DNA from: Bacteroidota bacterium
GTDB lineage: Bacteria > Bacteroidota > Ignavibacteria > T3Sed10-11
Length of the DNA stretch: 48,455 bases
Assembly: GCA_007128495.1 (NCBI GenBank)
Contig: SKXH01000186.1
Coordinates: 1-48,455, forward strand
Direction of reading: 5' to 3'
A program made the position numbers and the translations under genes. Position 1 is the stretch's first letter; every line of letters starts with the position of its first letter. This document shows positions 26,750 through 37,105 of this stretch, one piece after another. A model generated the notes under the pieces. The model worked only from the letters and a program-made list of their open reading frames with translations, ran no database searches and was not told the DNA's origin.

Positions 26750-28897
26750 ATGAGCCCACATGCGACTATTACATTTACTCAGGCAACTGAAATCGCACGT
26801 GAGATAAAAGCTATTGCATATAATCTTTGGTGGACCTGGAATGTCGATGCCCGCGACCTGTTCCGTGAGCTATCACCACAGACCTATTTTCGTAACAATC
26901 ATAATGTGATCGCGATGTTCGATGAAATATCCGATCAAGAACTTGCCGCACGTTTACTTGATCCGCTGCAAATGGAACGCGCCCAGAATGTTATTAATCA
27001 ATACAAAAAATATATGTCCGAGAAAAACACCTGGGCGACTAAACATGCTAAAGAGCTCGTTCAACAAGGGCCTGTCGCATATTTCAGTGCAGAATTCGGC
27101 TTGCACGAAAGCTTGCCGATATACTCAGGCGGTCTTGGAATACTTGCCGGTGATCACACAAAATCAGCGAGCGACCTCGGAATACCATTTGTCGGCGTGA
27201 GCTTATACTACCGGCAGGGTTACTTCGAACAACTAATCGGCCCTGACGGATGGCAACAAGAAGAATATCCCAACACTGATCCGAAAAAACTACCGCTCGA
27301 ACTCGTGACAAACGAAAGCGGCGAACCGATTGTCGCCACCGTTAAGATCGGTCACAGTGATGTTTATTTCCAGGCATATCGCATTAATCTTGGCAGAGTC
27401 TCATTAATCCTCCTCGACACCAACCGCGAAGAGAACGAACTACACTATCGTGAGATGACTTCACAGGTCTACGGTGGTGATATAACAACGCGTATATCAC
27501 AGGAAATCGTGTTGGGTATAGGTGGAGTGCGAATGTTAAATGCAATGGGTATTACTCCTGCCGTATATCATTTGAATGAAGGACACTCGGCTTTCCTGAC
27601 GCTTGAATTGCTTCGCCAGCTGGTTCGCAACGAGGGGAAAACAACCGCAGAAGCAATCCGGTGGGTCCGTGAACACACGGTATTTACAACGCATACACCC
27701 GTACCTGCTGGCCATGACCGGTTTAGTGAGGATCTTATTCGCTTTACATTACAAAAATTCTGTACTGAATGTTGGGATGATGTATCGGAGATAATGCATC
27801 TCGGCCGTATCGATCCCGACAATAAAGAGGAACCCTTCTGTATGACCGTACTCGCGCTAAAAATGTCGCGGGCAACCAATGGTGTCAGCGAGTTACACGG
27901 AAAAGTAAGCCGTGAAATGTGGAGCGATCTGTTTCCAAAGAAAAAAGTAGATCAGATTCCGATAGGCCATATCACCAACGGAGTTCATGTACCGGGATGG
28001 ACTTCATCAAGAGCGTACCGCTTCTGGCAAAATGTACTCGATAAAAACTGGCCGGAACATCTTGACGATCCGGAGTTCTGGAAACGAATAGAAAACCCTG
28101 ACTATGTTTCAGACGAACAGATATGGGCACTCAGATATATTTTACGCCGTGAGCTTATTGAATTTGTACGAACCCGCTTGCGCCAGCAAAGTGCGAGGTA
28201 TGGAAACAATCCGCGGGATACATTCGATAAAGTATTATCGACAGATGCATTGACAATCGGGTTTGCACGGCGATTTGCTACGTATAAGCGGGCTCCGCTT
28301 TTCTTTAGCGATCCGGAGCGAGCAAGAAGAATTCTCCGCAATCCGGATCGACCCGTTCAGATCATTTATGCCGGTAAAGCACACCCTCGTGATGACCAGG
28401 GCAAAAAACTCATCCAACAACTTGTCGGCTTCGCCCGCGAAACTGAACTATTTGAAAAAGTCGTATTCCTTGAAAATTATGATATCAATGCCGGCAGATT
28501 ACTCGTATCAGGCGCCGATATCTGGTTGAATAATCCGCGGCGCCCCCTTGAAGCAAGCGGTACCAGCGGGCAAAAAACTGCAATCCACGGCGGGCTTAAT
28601 GTCAGCATTATGGATGGCTGGTGGCGTGAAGCGTATAACGGTAAAAACGGCTGGGCGATCGGCGAGGATAGCCATCCCGATTCAGTTGAAGAACAGGACA
28701 GACAGGATGCTGAGAATCTCTATGATGTTCTTGAAAATCAGGTTATCCCTGAGTTTTATAACCGTGAGGGGAATGGGCTACCGAGAAACTGGTTGAAACG
28801 AGTCCGCAATGCAATGGCAACACTTATCCCCCAATACAACACCGATCGCATGGTCGAAGAGTATGTACGTAAATATTATCTGAAGAACAGTAAATAA
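26750..28897 (+). CDS. glgP: alpha-glucan phosphorylase (GT35, short alpha-glucan family type)
   Basis: 'YFSAEFGLHESLPIYSGGLGILAGDHTKSASDLG', 'NEGHSAF', 'FTTHTPVPAGHD', 'FARRFATYKR', and 'EASGTSGQK' (the PLP lysine region). Confidence 0.92.
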   Translation: MSPHATITFTQATEIAREIKAIAYNLWWTWNVDARDLFRELSPQTYFRNNHNVIAMFDEISDQELAARLLDPLQMERAQNVINQYKKYMSEKNTWATKHAKELVQQGPVAYFSAEFGLHESLPIYSGGLGILAGDHTKSASDLGIPFVGVSLYYRQGYFEQLIGPDGWQQEEYPNTDPKKLPLELVTNESGEPIVATVKIGHSDVYFQAYRINLGRVSLILLDTNREENELHYREMTSQVYGGDITTRISQEIVLGIGGVRMLNAMGITPAVYHLNEGHSAFLTLELLRQLVRNEGKTTAEAIRWVREHTVFTTHTPVPAGHDRFSEDLIRFTLQKFCTECWDDVSEIMHLGRIDPDNKEEPFCMTVLALKMSRATNGVSELHGKVSREMWSDLFPKKKVDQIPIGHITNGVHVPGWTSSRAYRFWQNVLDKNWPEHLDDPEFWKRIENPDYVSDEQIWALRYILRRELIEFVRTRLRQQSARYGNNPRDTFDKVLSTDALTIGFARRFATYKRAPLFFSDPERARRILRNPDRPVQIIYAGKAHPRDDQGKKLIQQLVGFARETELFEKVVFLENYDINAGRLLVSGADIWLNNPRRPLEASGTSGQKTAIHGGLNVSIMDGWWREAYNGKNGWAIGEDSHPDSVEEQDRQDAENLYDVLENQVIPEFYNREGNGLPRNWLKRVRNAMATLIPQYNTDRMVEEYVRKYYLKNSK

Positions 28898-28920
28898 TAC
28901 ATAGTGTGCAATAAAATATT

Positions 28921-29907
28921 ATGACTAACCGAGCAGTGGGCAAAAGTGGTGTTCATATTCCTCCCTTAATGTACGGTGCGTGGGCCATAGGAGGATGGTG
29001 GTGGGGTGGAACGGATGACAATAAAGCAATTCAATCAATTCACAGAGCTGTCGAAATCGGCATGAACTGTTTTGATACCGCGCCCCAGTACGGATTCGGA
29101 CATAGCGAAGAAATTTTGGGTAAAGCAATCAAGGGAAAGCGGAACGATGTCGTCATTGCAACAAAATGCGGATTACGACACGACCGTACTGATGGTGAAA
29201 AATTCTTCGAAACGCGGGATATGAACAATCGGAAACGGACTGTTTATCGCGTCTCTAAGAAAGATTCAATTATAAAAGAATGTGAACACAGCTTACAACG
29301 TCTGCAAACGGATTATATAGATATATATCAGGTACACTGGCCTGACTCAACGACCCCGTTCTCTGAAACAATGGAGGCGTTGGTCAGTCTCTACGACCAG
29401 GGTAAGATACGTGCAATCGGTGTCAGTAATTTTTCCGGCACAATGGTCGAGGAATGTTTACGTTATGGACCGATTCACTCAATCCAACCCCGCTATAATC
29501 CGTTGGTTCGAGATATAGAGGATGAGCTTGTACCATTATGCAAGGAACAAAATATCGGCATACTGGCTTACAGCCCCCTCGAACACGGCTTACTCACCGG
29601 TAAAGTAACTATGGAACGCACGTTCCCGGAAGGCGATGAACGAAAGAACCATAGATGGTTCCAGTTTCCTCAAAGAAAAATAGTATTGGAAGTTCTACAC
29701 CGGCTCACCCCTATCGCAGAAGAACACAATGCGACTCTTGCGCAATTACATCTTGCGTGGTGTATGAACCGTCCCGGTATTACAGCGGCTATCGCAGGTG
29801 CGCGCAATGCGCACCAGGTAGAAGAAAATTGGGGCGCGGTGAATGTGCAGCTTACCGACGAGCAGATCGACATTATAACAAATGAATTTGAAAACATAAC
29901 CACCTAA
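28921..29907 (+). CDS. aldo/keto reductase
   Basis: 'FDTAPQYGFGHSEEILGKA', 'IATKCG', 'YIDIYQVHWPD', 'IRAIGVSNF', and 'AIAGARN' near the C-terminus. Confidence 0.9.
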   Translation: MTNRAVGKSGVHIPPLMYGAWAIGGWWWGGTDDNKAIQSIHRAVEIGMNCFDTAPQYGFGHSEEILGKAIKGKRNDVVIATKCGLRHDRTDGEKFFETRDMNNRKRTVYRVSKKDSIIKECEHSLQRLQTDYIDIYQVHWPDSTTPFSETMEALVSLYDQGKIRAIGVSNFSGTMVEECLRYGPIHSIQPRYNPLVRDIEDELVPLCKEQNIGILAYSPLEHGLLTGKVTMERTFPEGDERKNHRWFQFPQRKIVLEVLHRLTPIAEEHNATLAQLHLAWCMNRPGITAAIAGARNAHQVEENWGAVNVQLTDEQIDIITNEFENITT

Positions 29908-30023
29908 CGCGGCGCAGCCCATACAATATAAAATAATTTCATATTTTTCGGGAACAATAAACCTCATTTATTTAGTTTTTGTAGTAGGAAATATTTTGTG
30001 CAAATATAGAGGTGGAGGTAAAA

Positions 30024-31178
30024 ATGAAGAATCTGACAATAAAAGATTTACAAGCATTATCAGAAATTGAAAATAATACCTGTATTTCTTTGTATATGCC
30101 AACCGTAAAAACCGGTTCCGATACCCGGCAGAATCCGATCACATATAAAAATCAAATAAAGAAGGCGGAAAATATCCTAAAGGAAGCAGGGCTAAAAAAT
30201 AATGAGATCAACGAATTTCTCGAACCGGCAAAAAACCTTATCGAGGATACGGTGTTCTGGCAGAAACAGCAGCATGGCTTTGCGGCGTTTATCGGGAAAG
30301 ACACATTTTCATACTTCAAACTTCCGATAGCACCCGATAACAGTGTAACGGTGGAACGTCGATTTCATATAAAGCCGCTCATACAGTTGTTTACGGAAAA
30401 TGGCGAATACTATCTTCTCAGTTTAGACCTGAACAACATTAAATTATTCCATTGCACCCGATTCACTATGGAAGACATGGATTTAGGCGATTTTCCAACC
30501 AGCATAAAAGATGCATTTGCAGATGTCGATTTCGAACGACAACTATCATTCCACACCGAAGCTCCCCGCAGATCGGGAACACGTGAGGCACAGTTTTTCA
30601 GTCACGGCGCGGTTGGCGAAGAAGATGTAAAAACAACAATTCAACAGTACCTGAGAGACGTATATCGTGCAGTTTCCGGAGCGGTAGAACGGTATGACCT
30701 GCCTCTTATCCTGTCGGGAGTCGAATATGTCGTCGGTATGTATCGGGAAGTTAACTCTTATCCCTATCTTTATGATGAATGGATAAGCGGTAGTCCGAAA
30801 CAAATCAAGAGAGATGAACTGCACCGTTTATCATGGGAAATTGCGTCACCGATATTCGAGAAACAATTGAATGATGCCATTCAAATATTTGAACACAAAC
30901 ACGGAACCGGCTATGCATCCGATTCCATAAAAGAAATTGTTTTAGCTGCCTACAACAAACGTGTCGATTCATTATTTTTTGACCCTGCAGCATCCGCATG
31001 GGGAACGATTGATCCCGATAAGCAAGAAGTGCGTATTGAAGTCACGCACACACCGGATAACGAGGAGTTGATCAATGCAGCCGTGATACATACCCTTCAA
31101 AACAAAGGAAATGTATATTCAATCAATCAAGACAGAATGCCGAATAAGAGTTCGGTGGCTGCTATCTTCAGATATTAA
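30024..31178 (+). CDS. bacterial eRF1/Pelota-like (baeRF-like) protein, hypothetical
   Basis: ATG 30024 follows GGAGGT. The N-terminal 'ISLYMPTVKTGSDTRQNPITYKNQIKKAE', 'RFHIKPLIQL' and the C-terminal 'VAAIFRY' resemble the bacterial archaeo-eukaryotic release-factor families. There is no GGQ motif. Confidence 0.5.
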   Translation: MKNLTIKDLQALSEIENNTCISLYMPTVKTGSDTRQNPITYKNQIKKAENILKEAGLKNNEINEFLEPAKNLIEDTVFWQKQQHGFAAFIGKDTFSYFKLPIAPDNSVTVERRFHIKPLIQLFTENGEYYLLSLDLNNIKLFHCTRFTMEDMDLGDFPTSIKDAFADVDFERQLSFHTEAPRRSGTREAQFFSHGAVGEEDVKTTIQQYLRDVYRAVSGAVERYDLPLILSGVEYVVGMYREVNSYPYLYDEWISGSPKQIKRDELHRLSWEIASPIFEKQLNDAIQIFEHKHGTGYASDSIKEIVLAAYNKRVDSLFFDPAASAWGTIDPDKQEVRIEVTHTPDNEELINAAVIHTLQNKGNVYSINQDRMPNKSSVAAIFRY

Positions 31179-31196
31179 CCATAATCGGATAGACAA

Positions 31197-31658
31197 ATGA
31201 CATACTTACAGTTGCCCATCCCGGTCAGGAAAACTATCGCGCTCATAGCCCATGACAATAAGAAAAATGAATTGCTGGAATGGGTTACAATAAATAAAGA
31301 GAAACTTGAAAAACACCGTCTCTGTGCAACCGGAACCACCGGGACTATGCTTGAGCGTGAACTTTCTCTTTCAGTGGATAAATTTAAAAGCGGACCCCTC
31401 GGCGGAGATCAGCAAATCGGTTCGAAAATCGTTGATGGTGAAATACACGCGCTCATATTTTTTTGGGATCCGCTTGAACCACAACCTCATGAACCGGACG
31501 TAAAAGCACTCTTGCGACTGACGGTCGTGTGGAATATACCGGTTGCAACTAATCGCTCGTCGGCAGACTTTTTAATTTCATCGCCATTGATGTCGACCGG
31601 ATACCCCCGGCTTGTACCTGATTACCATGCAATTAAACAGCGGCTCGATAATTCATAG
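31197..31658 (+). CDS. mgsA: methylglyoxal synthase
   Basis: 'IALIAHDNKK', 'LCATGTTG', 'SGPLGGDQQIG', 'FFWDPL...PHEPDVKALLR'. Confidence 0.93.
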   Translation: MTYLQLPIPVRKTIALIAHDNKKNELLEWVTINKEKLEKHRLCATGTTGTMLERELSLSVDKFKSGPLGGDQQIGSKIVDGEIHALIFFWDPLEPQPHEPDVKALLRLTVVWNIPVATNRSSADFLISSPLMSTGYPRLVPDYHAIKQRLDNS

Positions 31659-31747
31659 CCGGGCAATTTATTTCTGCTTTACTTAAATTTAATATTTGTG
31701 GGAGTCCTATTTTCGCGGGAGCTTTATAGCGTACCCTTTCCAATCGT

Positions 31748-32224
31748 ATGGTTGAAACCATCATAATCATATTCGGTGCACTTTTAATACTTGCCGGAAT
31801 AGCCGGTTCGTTCCTACCGGTTCTGCCTGGTCCGCCTTTAAGCTACCTCGGTCTGCTGACCCTGCAATTTACCGGAGATCCGCCGTTCACGGCAACGTTT
31901 CTTCTCACCTGGGCACTGATCGTAATTACCGTTGTGATTATCGAGAATTTTATTCCCGCAATCGGAACGAAAAAATTCGGCGGCTCTCGGTATGGTATTA
32001 TAGGATGTTTTGCCGGACTTGTGGTCGGGATCATCTTCTTCCCTCCTGCCGGTATAATACTTGGTCCGCTTGCCGGCGCATTCACCGGCGAACTCATTGC
32101 AGGGAAAAAATACGATAAAGCATTCCGGGCAGCCTTCGGTTCGTTTGTTGGCTTTCTCGCCGGGACCCTTTTAAAGTTTATTGTATGTGTGATGATGGGG
32201 TATTATTTTGTTGTGAATTTGTAG
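31748..32224 (+). CDS. DUF456 family membrane protein
   Basis: Four hydrophobic helices and the 'GSFLPVLPGPPLSYLG' motif typical of DUF456. Confidence 0.7.
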   Translation: MVETIIIIFGALLILAGIAGSFLPVLPGPPLSYLGLLTLQFTGDPPFTATFLLTWALIVITVVIIENFIPAIGTKKFGGSRYGIIGCFAGLVVGIIFFPPAGIILGPLAGAFTGELIAGKKYDKAFRAAFGSFVGFLAGTLLKFIVCVMMGYYFVVNL

Positions 32225-32300
32225 GGAGCAATAGGCGGTAAAAGTGTTTTCGCGTGAGTTCCATTTCCGCGGGAGGACAAAACCTTACATCACCATATAA

Positions 32301-33008
32301 TCACTTCTTCTCCGCCATTGCCTTCGCAAACGCTCTGGCAAGGAGTAAATCATCTTTTGAGGTAATTTTAAAATTGTTCGGTGATCCATCTACATAACCA
32401 ACCTTTATGCCGTGTTCAATAGCAATCGAGGCATCGTCGGTAGCTGTTTTATTTTGATTCCACTTCGGAAGTATTTGCTTTATCGTTCTCCATTTGAATG
32501 CCTGCGGAGTTTGAATCATCAATAAATTATTCCTGTCTTCTAATCTGCCGAGCGAAAGCCGTTTCCCCTTTCGCCGGATGGTATCATTGGGCTCAATAAC
32601 CGGCACGACCGCAGTGTACCGGTCGAGCCGGTCAATGATCCGTGAAATCAAATCGCTGTCGATAAACGGCCGGACGGCATCATGTATAAGAACCGCATCG
32701 GGTGGATTTTGTGCCAGAGACCATAACGCATTACGGACTGAATCCCGTCTGCTTTGGCCGCCCGCAATAACCGAAATAACTTTTTTTATCTTAAAACGGC
32801 GGATCAAGCGTTTCGTTTCGGGAATATATTCAAACGGTACACACAGTACGATATCGGTAACCGACGCACACTGATGAAATTGCCGTGCCGTCCACACAAT
32901 TATCGGTTCATTAGTTTTTCGACGCGGCAGTGTGTGAAATTGCTTCGGCACATCTTCTTGAAAGCGTTTGCCAATTCCGCCACCGGTAATTATTGCCGTA
33001 ATACGCAT
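32301..33008 (-). CDS. ispD: 2-C-methyl-D-erythritol 4-phosphate cytidylyltransferase
   Basis: 'AIITGGGIGKRF', 'VLIHDAVRPF', 'IQTPQAF'. Confidence 0.9.
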   Translation of the reverse strand: MRITAIITGGGIGKRFQEDVPKQFHTLPRRKTNEPIIVWTARQFHQCASVTDIVLCVPFEYIPETKRLIRRFKIKKVISVIAGGQSRRDSVRNALWSLAQNPPDAVLIHDAVRPFIDSDLISRIIDRLDRYTAVVPVIEPNDTIRRKGKRLSLGRLEDRNNLLMIQTPQAFKWRTIKQILPKWNQNKTATDDASIAIEHGIKVGYVDGSPNNFKITSKDDLLLARAFAKAMAEKK

Positions 33009-33024
33009 TTTGTTCTTGCTCGCA

Positions 33025-34134
33025 CTAAATAATTAACATTGCATCGCCGTATGAATAGAGCCGATATTTCTCTTTAATAGCTTTTTTGTAAGCACGCATA
33101 ATAAAATCACGATCTGCAAAAGCTGCTACCATCATGAGCAAGGTCGATTCCGGGAGATGAAAATTAGTAATCATCCTATCGACAATTTTAAATTCATAGG
33201 GAGGAAAAATAAACTTGTCCGTCCATCCGCGATTCGGTTTTAAATGACCGGTCGTTGTTACGTTAGATTCAAGTGCACGTGTTACACTTGTACCTACCGC
33301 ATATACCAGTTTACCCGAATCAATTGTTTTGTTCACTGTCTCCACGGTTTGCATTGGGATCTCATAATACTCGGAATCCATTTTATGTTTTGTGAGATCT
33401 TCCACTTCCACCGGACGGAAGGTACCGAGACCTATATGCAATGTGATCGGGACAATCTTTACTCCTTTACGTTTCAATCTGTTTAAAAGCCGTTTGGTAA
33501 AATGTAACCCGGCAGTTGATGCAGCTACCGATCCCACATTTTCGGCATACACGGTTTGGTACGTATGTTTATCTTTCTCGGTTGCTTCACGCTTTATATA
33601 AGGCGGCAGCGGCATTGTACCGATACGCTCAATAGCTTTATAAAAGTCGCCCTCATAATGAAATCGCACGGTACGCCCCCGCGAGGTTGTATTATCAATA
33701 ACCTCACACCAGATCCGGCCGTCATCGAAGTATGTCTTATTACCGATACGTACCTTCCGGGCGGGATCGACAATAACATCCCATATGTTTTCTTCCGGGT
33801 TCAGTTCGCGTAATAAAAACACTTCGATTTTTGCATTTGTTTTCTCTTTTCTACCGATTAACCGGGCCGGAAAGACACGGGTATCATTCACAACGAGGCA
33901 ATCACCTTTCTCAAAGAACTCGACGATTTCAGAAAATTTTTTCTCAATGATACTCTCGTCGGTTCTATTCAACACCATCAGCCGTGAACTGTCCCGCGGC
34001 GACGCCGGATGTTTTGCAATGAGATTTTTGGGTAACGGATATTTAAAATCCGACAATTTCATTGAGTGAATATCACCCAACGTCTTCAGATTCGGATCGG
34101 TTGTCTTCCATGACTGTGATTTTCTCTTGGCCAT
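33025..34134 (-). CDS. queA: S-adenosylmethionine:tRNA ribosyltransferase-isomerase
   Basis: 'MKLSDFKYPLPKNLIAKHPASPRDSSRLMV', 'PPYI', 'YQTVYA', 'GSVAASTAGLHFT', 'TLHIGLGTF', 'AVGTSVTRALES'. The canonical N-terminus corresponds to ATG 34062, so the 24-aa extension from 34134 is uncertain. Confidence 0.9.
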   Translation of the reverse strand: MAKRKSQSWKTTDPNLKTLGDIHSMKLSDFKYPLPKNLIAKHPASPRDSSRLMVLNRTDESIIEKKFSEIVEFFEKGDCLVVNDTRVFPARLIGRKEKTNAKIEVFLLRELNPEENIWDVIVDPARKVRIGNKTYFDDGRIWCEVIDNTTSRGRTVRFHYEGDFYKAIERIGTMPLPPYIKREATEKDKHTYQTVYAENVGSVAASTAGLHFTKRLLNRLKRKGVKIVPITLHIGLGTFRPVEVEDLTKHKMDSEYYEIPMQTVETVNKTIDSGKLVYAVGTSVTRALESNVTTTGHLKPNRGWTDKFIFPPYEFKIVDRMITNFHLPESTLLMMVAAFADRDFIMRAYKKAIKEKYRLYSYGDAMLII

Positions 34135-34183
34135 TCGTTGGTATCACCTTCTGTTTCTTACTATACATTATATATTGATTGTC

Positions 34184-34219
34184 GAAACCGGAAACCGGTT
34201 GTAACCGGCTTCCGGCTTC
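34184..34219 (-). terminator. strong hairpin between ppdK and queA (no U-tract)
   Basis: gaaaccggaaaccggtt-gt-aaccggcttccggcttc. On the minus-strand transcript all 17 positions pair (2 are G-U). Each arm is itself a 7-8 nt direct repeat. Confidence 0.45.
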
Positions 34220-34249
34220 GTGTGATTATTTAATTATAGTACATACTTA

Positions 34250-37084
34250 TTACTTCTTTCGTCCCGATGTACCTTTTTTAGCTCGTTTCGTTGTTTGTGT
34301 TTTCTTTCGAGCTGCGACTGATTTTTTAGCTGCTGCCCGCCGTTTTTCCGCCTGCTCGGCTTTTTTCGCGAGCTTTTCACGGATGACGCCGCGTCCCGCC
34401 GCCAGTCGCGCAATCGGTACTCTGAATGGTGAGCAACTCACATAATCGAAATTCAACCGGTGACAAAGCTCCACCGATTTCGGATCTCCACCATGTTCAC
34501 CACAGATACCGACTTTTAGCTTCCGTTTTACAGAGCGACCCTTCTCGGTACCGATTCGCATTAACTCACCGACACCGTCGACATCGACTGTCGCAAATGG
34601 ATCGTTCTCAAGTATGCTGTGATCATAGTAATGCTGGAGGAAATTCCCGGCATCGTCACGCGACAGACCGAAGACCGTTTGTGTGAGATCGTTGGTACCA
34701 TAGGAGAAGAATTCTGCCTGTTCTGCGATCTCGTCGGCTGTTAATGCGGCCCGTGGCAACTCAATCATCGTACCGACAAGATAGTCGATTTTCATATCGT
34801 AACTATCCATAACCTCTTTCGCTACACGATCGACGACTGCCCTTTGATGTTTAAGCTCATTACGATGTGCCACCAGCGGGATCATAATTTCGGGTAATAC
34901 ATTGATTCCCTCATTTTTGACCTCGCATGCGGCTTCGAGAATAGCTCGTGCCTGCATTTCTGTTATCTCGGGATATACAACACCGAGACGGCAGCCGCGA
35001 TGGCCCAGCATCGGGTTGAATTCGTGGAGACTTTCCAGTCTGCGTTTCACTTTTTCTACCGGAATATTCATATACTCCGCCATCGCTGTAATATCCTTCT
35101 CCTCATGGGGGAGAAATTCGTGCAGCGGTGGATCGAGTGTCCGGATAGTGACCGGGAAACCGTCCATTGCCCTGAAAATACCGGCGAAGTCTTCACGCTG
35201 CATCGGAAGCAGTTTCATAATTCCGTTACGCCGGCCTGCTTCGGTATCGGACAGGATCATTTCGCGAACGGCGGTTATCCGGTCGCCACCGAAGAACATA
35301 TGTTCGGTTCGGCATAATCCAATTCCCTCTGCACCGAACTTGATCGCATTCGATGCCTGATCGGGTTGATCGGCATTGGTTCTGACCCTCAGCTTTCGTT
35401 GCTCATCAGCCCAGCGCATAACCGACTCATATTTCTGATAGACATCGGATTCTTCGGGTTTCATTGATCCATCAAGCAATACCTGCAGTACCTCGGATGG
35501 GCGTGTATCAAGTTTTCCTTCTATAACCTCACCCGTGGTGCCGTCGATCGATATCCAGTCACCCTGGAATAATGTCTTACCGTTCACATTCATCTTGCCT
35601 TCACGATAATTAATATCCAGTGCACCGCATCCCGCAACACATATTTTACCCATCTGACGTGCAACCAGAGCAGCGTGCGAAGTCATACCACCGCGTGCGG
35701 TCAGGATACCGTCTGATGCTTCCATACCTTTAATATCCTCCGGTGAAGTCTCAACCCGTGTGAGGATAACCGGGTCTCCGCCTTTTGCCATTTCAACGGC
35801 ATCGCTTGCGTGGAACACAATCCGACCGCACGCCGCGCCGGGACCTGCATTCAATCCTTTTGCAAGCAATCGTCCATCTTCGATAACCTGTCGCTTTTGC
35901 TCCAAATCGAATATGGGACGTAGAAATTGGTTCAATTGTTCCGGTTCGATACGCATCAACGCATCTTCTTTTTTAATCAGGCGTTCTTCAACCATATCGA
36001 CCGCAATCTTAATAGCGGCGAATCCGGTTCGTTTACCCGCCCGTGTCTGCAGCATATAAAGTTTTCCTTCCTGTATCGTAAACTCTACATCCTGCATCTC
36101 CCGGTAGTGTCGCTCGAGCTTACTGCGTATCTGCAGCAGTTGTTTATATACTTTCGGGTCAATCGCTTCGAGTTCCTCGATCGGTAACGGTGTCCGTACA
36201 CCGGCAACGACATCCTCACCCTGTGCGTTCATCAGAAATTCACCATAGAAACGCTTCTCGCCGGTAGCGGGATCGCGGGTAAACGCAACGCCGGTACCGC
36301 TATCTTCGCCCATATTTCCGAATACCATCGCCTGAACGTTGACTGCCGTTCCCCACGACTGCGGGATACCGTACATCCGCCGGTACGCAACGGCTCGTTC
36401 ATTCATCCACGAATCGAATACCGAGCCAATAGAACCCCATAATTGCTCCATCGGATCTTCGGGGAAATCTTTGCCGGTACGCCGTTTGATCTCATCCTTA
36501 TATTCCTGCACTAATTCTTTCAGATGCTCGGTCGTCAATTCTGCATCGTTCTTCAGACCGTGTGTCCATTTTTTTCGATCGAGTATTTCTTCGAATGGAT
36601 CCGCAGCATTTTTATCTTCCGGTTTCATCCCCATCACTACATCGCCGTACATATGAATAAACCGGCGGTATGAATCGTAAGCAAACCGGGGATTATCGGT
36701 CTTTTCGATTAAGCCCTGTACGGTTTCATCATTCAAGCCGAGATTCAAAACCGTATCCATCATTCCCGGCATCGAAGCACGCGCTCCGGAGCGAACTGAA
36801 ACGAGCAGCGGGTTTTTCGGGTCGCCGAATTTCATCTTCATCGATTTTTCGACCTTCTTTAATGCTGCATTGACTTCTTTCTCAAGTCCGCGCGGGTATG
36901 TTCGTTTTTTATCATAGTAATATGTGCACACTTCAGTCGAGATTGTGAATCCGGGGGGGACGGGTAGTTTCAGGTTCGTCATCTCCATTAAATTTGCCCC
37001 CTTGCCTCCCAGCAATTCCTTCATCTCACCGGCACCTTCTGCCTTTTCATCGCCAAAATAATATACGTATTTTTTCTTCGCCAT
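34250..37084 (-). CDS. ppdK: pyruvate, phosphate dikinase with basic C-terminal extension
   Basis: '[10 protein letters not shown]', phospho-His loop '[16 protein letters not shown]', 'GLCRTEHMF', 'CGEHGGDP', '[15 protein letters not shown]'. About 45 extra C-terminal residues are rich in K/A/R. Confidence 0.95.
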   Translation of the reverse strand: MAKKKYVYYFGDEKAEGAGEMKELLGGKGANLMEMTNLKLPVPPGFTISTEVCTYYYDKKRTYPRGLEKEVNAALKKVEKSMKMKFGDPKNPLLVSVRSGARASMPGMMDTVLNLGLNDETVQGLIEKTDNPRFAYDSYRRFIHMYGDVVMGMKPEDKNAADPFEEILDRKKWTHGLKNDAELTTEHLKELVQEYKDEIKRRTGKDFPEDPMEQLWGSIGSVFDSWMNERAVAYRRMYGIPQSWGTAVNVQAMVFGNMGEDSGTGVAFTRDPATGEKRFYGEFLMNAQGEDVVAGVRTPLPIEELEAIDPKVYKQLLQIRSKLERHYREMQDVEFTIQEGKLYMLQTRAGKRTGFAAIKIAVDMVEERLIKKEDALMRIEPEQLNQFLRPIFDLEQKRQVIEDGRLLAKGLNAGPGAACGRIVFHASDAVEMAKGGDPVILTRVETSPEDIKGMEASDGILTARGGMTSHAALVARQMGKICVAGCGALDINYREGKMNVNGKTLFQGDWISIDGTTGEVIEGKLDTRPSEVLQVLLDGSMKPEESDVYQKYESVMRWADEQRKLRVRTNADQPDQASNAIKFGAEGIGLCRTEHMFFGGDRITAVREMILSDTEAGRRNGIMKLLPMQREDFAGIFRAMDGFPVTIRTLDPPLHEFLPHEEKDITAMAEYMNIPVEKVKRRLESLHEFNPMLGHRGCRLGVVYPEITEMQARAILEAACEVKNEGINVLPEIMIPLVAHRNELKHQRAVVDRVAKEVMDSYDMKIDYLVGTMIELPRAALTADEIAEQAEFFSYGTNDLTQTVFGLSRDDAGNFLQHYYDHSILENDPFATVDVDGVGELMRIGTEKGRSVKRKLKVGICGEHGGDPKSVELCHRLNFDYVSCSPFRVPIARLAAGRGVIREKLAKKAEQAEKRRAAAKKSVAARKKTQTTKRAKKGTSGRKK

Positions 37085-37105
37085 TGTTTTCTAACCTCCA
37101 TCTAA

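Noticed and set aside
31709-32275. Three copies of a TTT(T/C)CGCG(G/T)GAG-like 13-mer flanking the DUF456 gene (31709-31721, 32246-32258, 32263-32275)
   Set aside because: They are short, imperfect and in direct orientation, with no associated recombinase or insertion signature. They are probably chance or weak terminator-like sequence.
34179-36873. Plus-strand ORFs antisense to ppdK (34179-34445, 34902-35360, 35760-36059 and others)
   Set aside because: They lie opposite a 944-aa gene with every PPDK signature and show no independent coding evidence.
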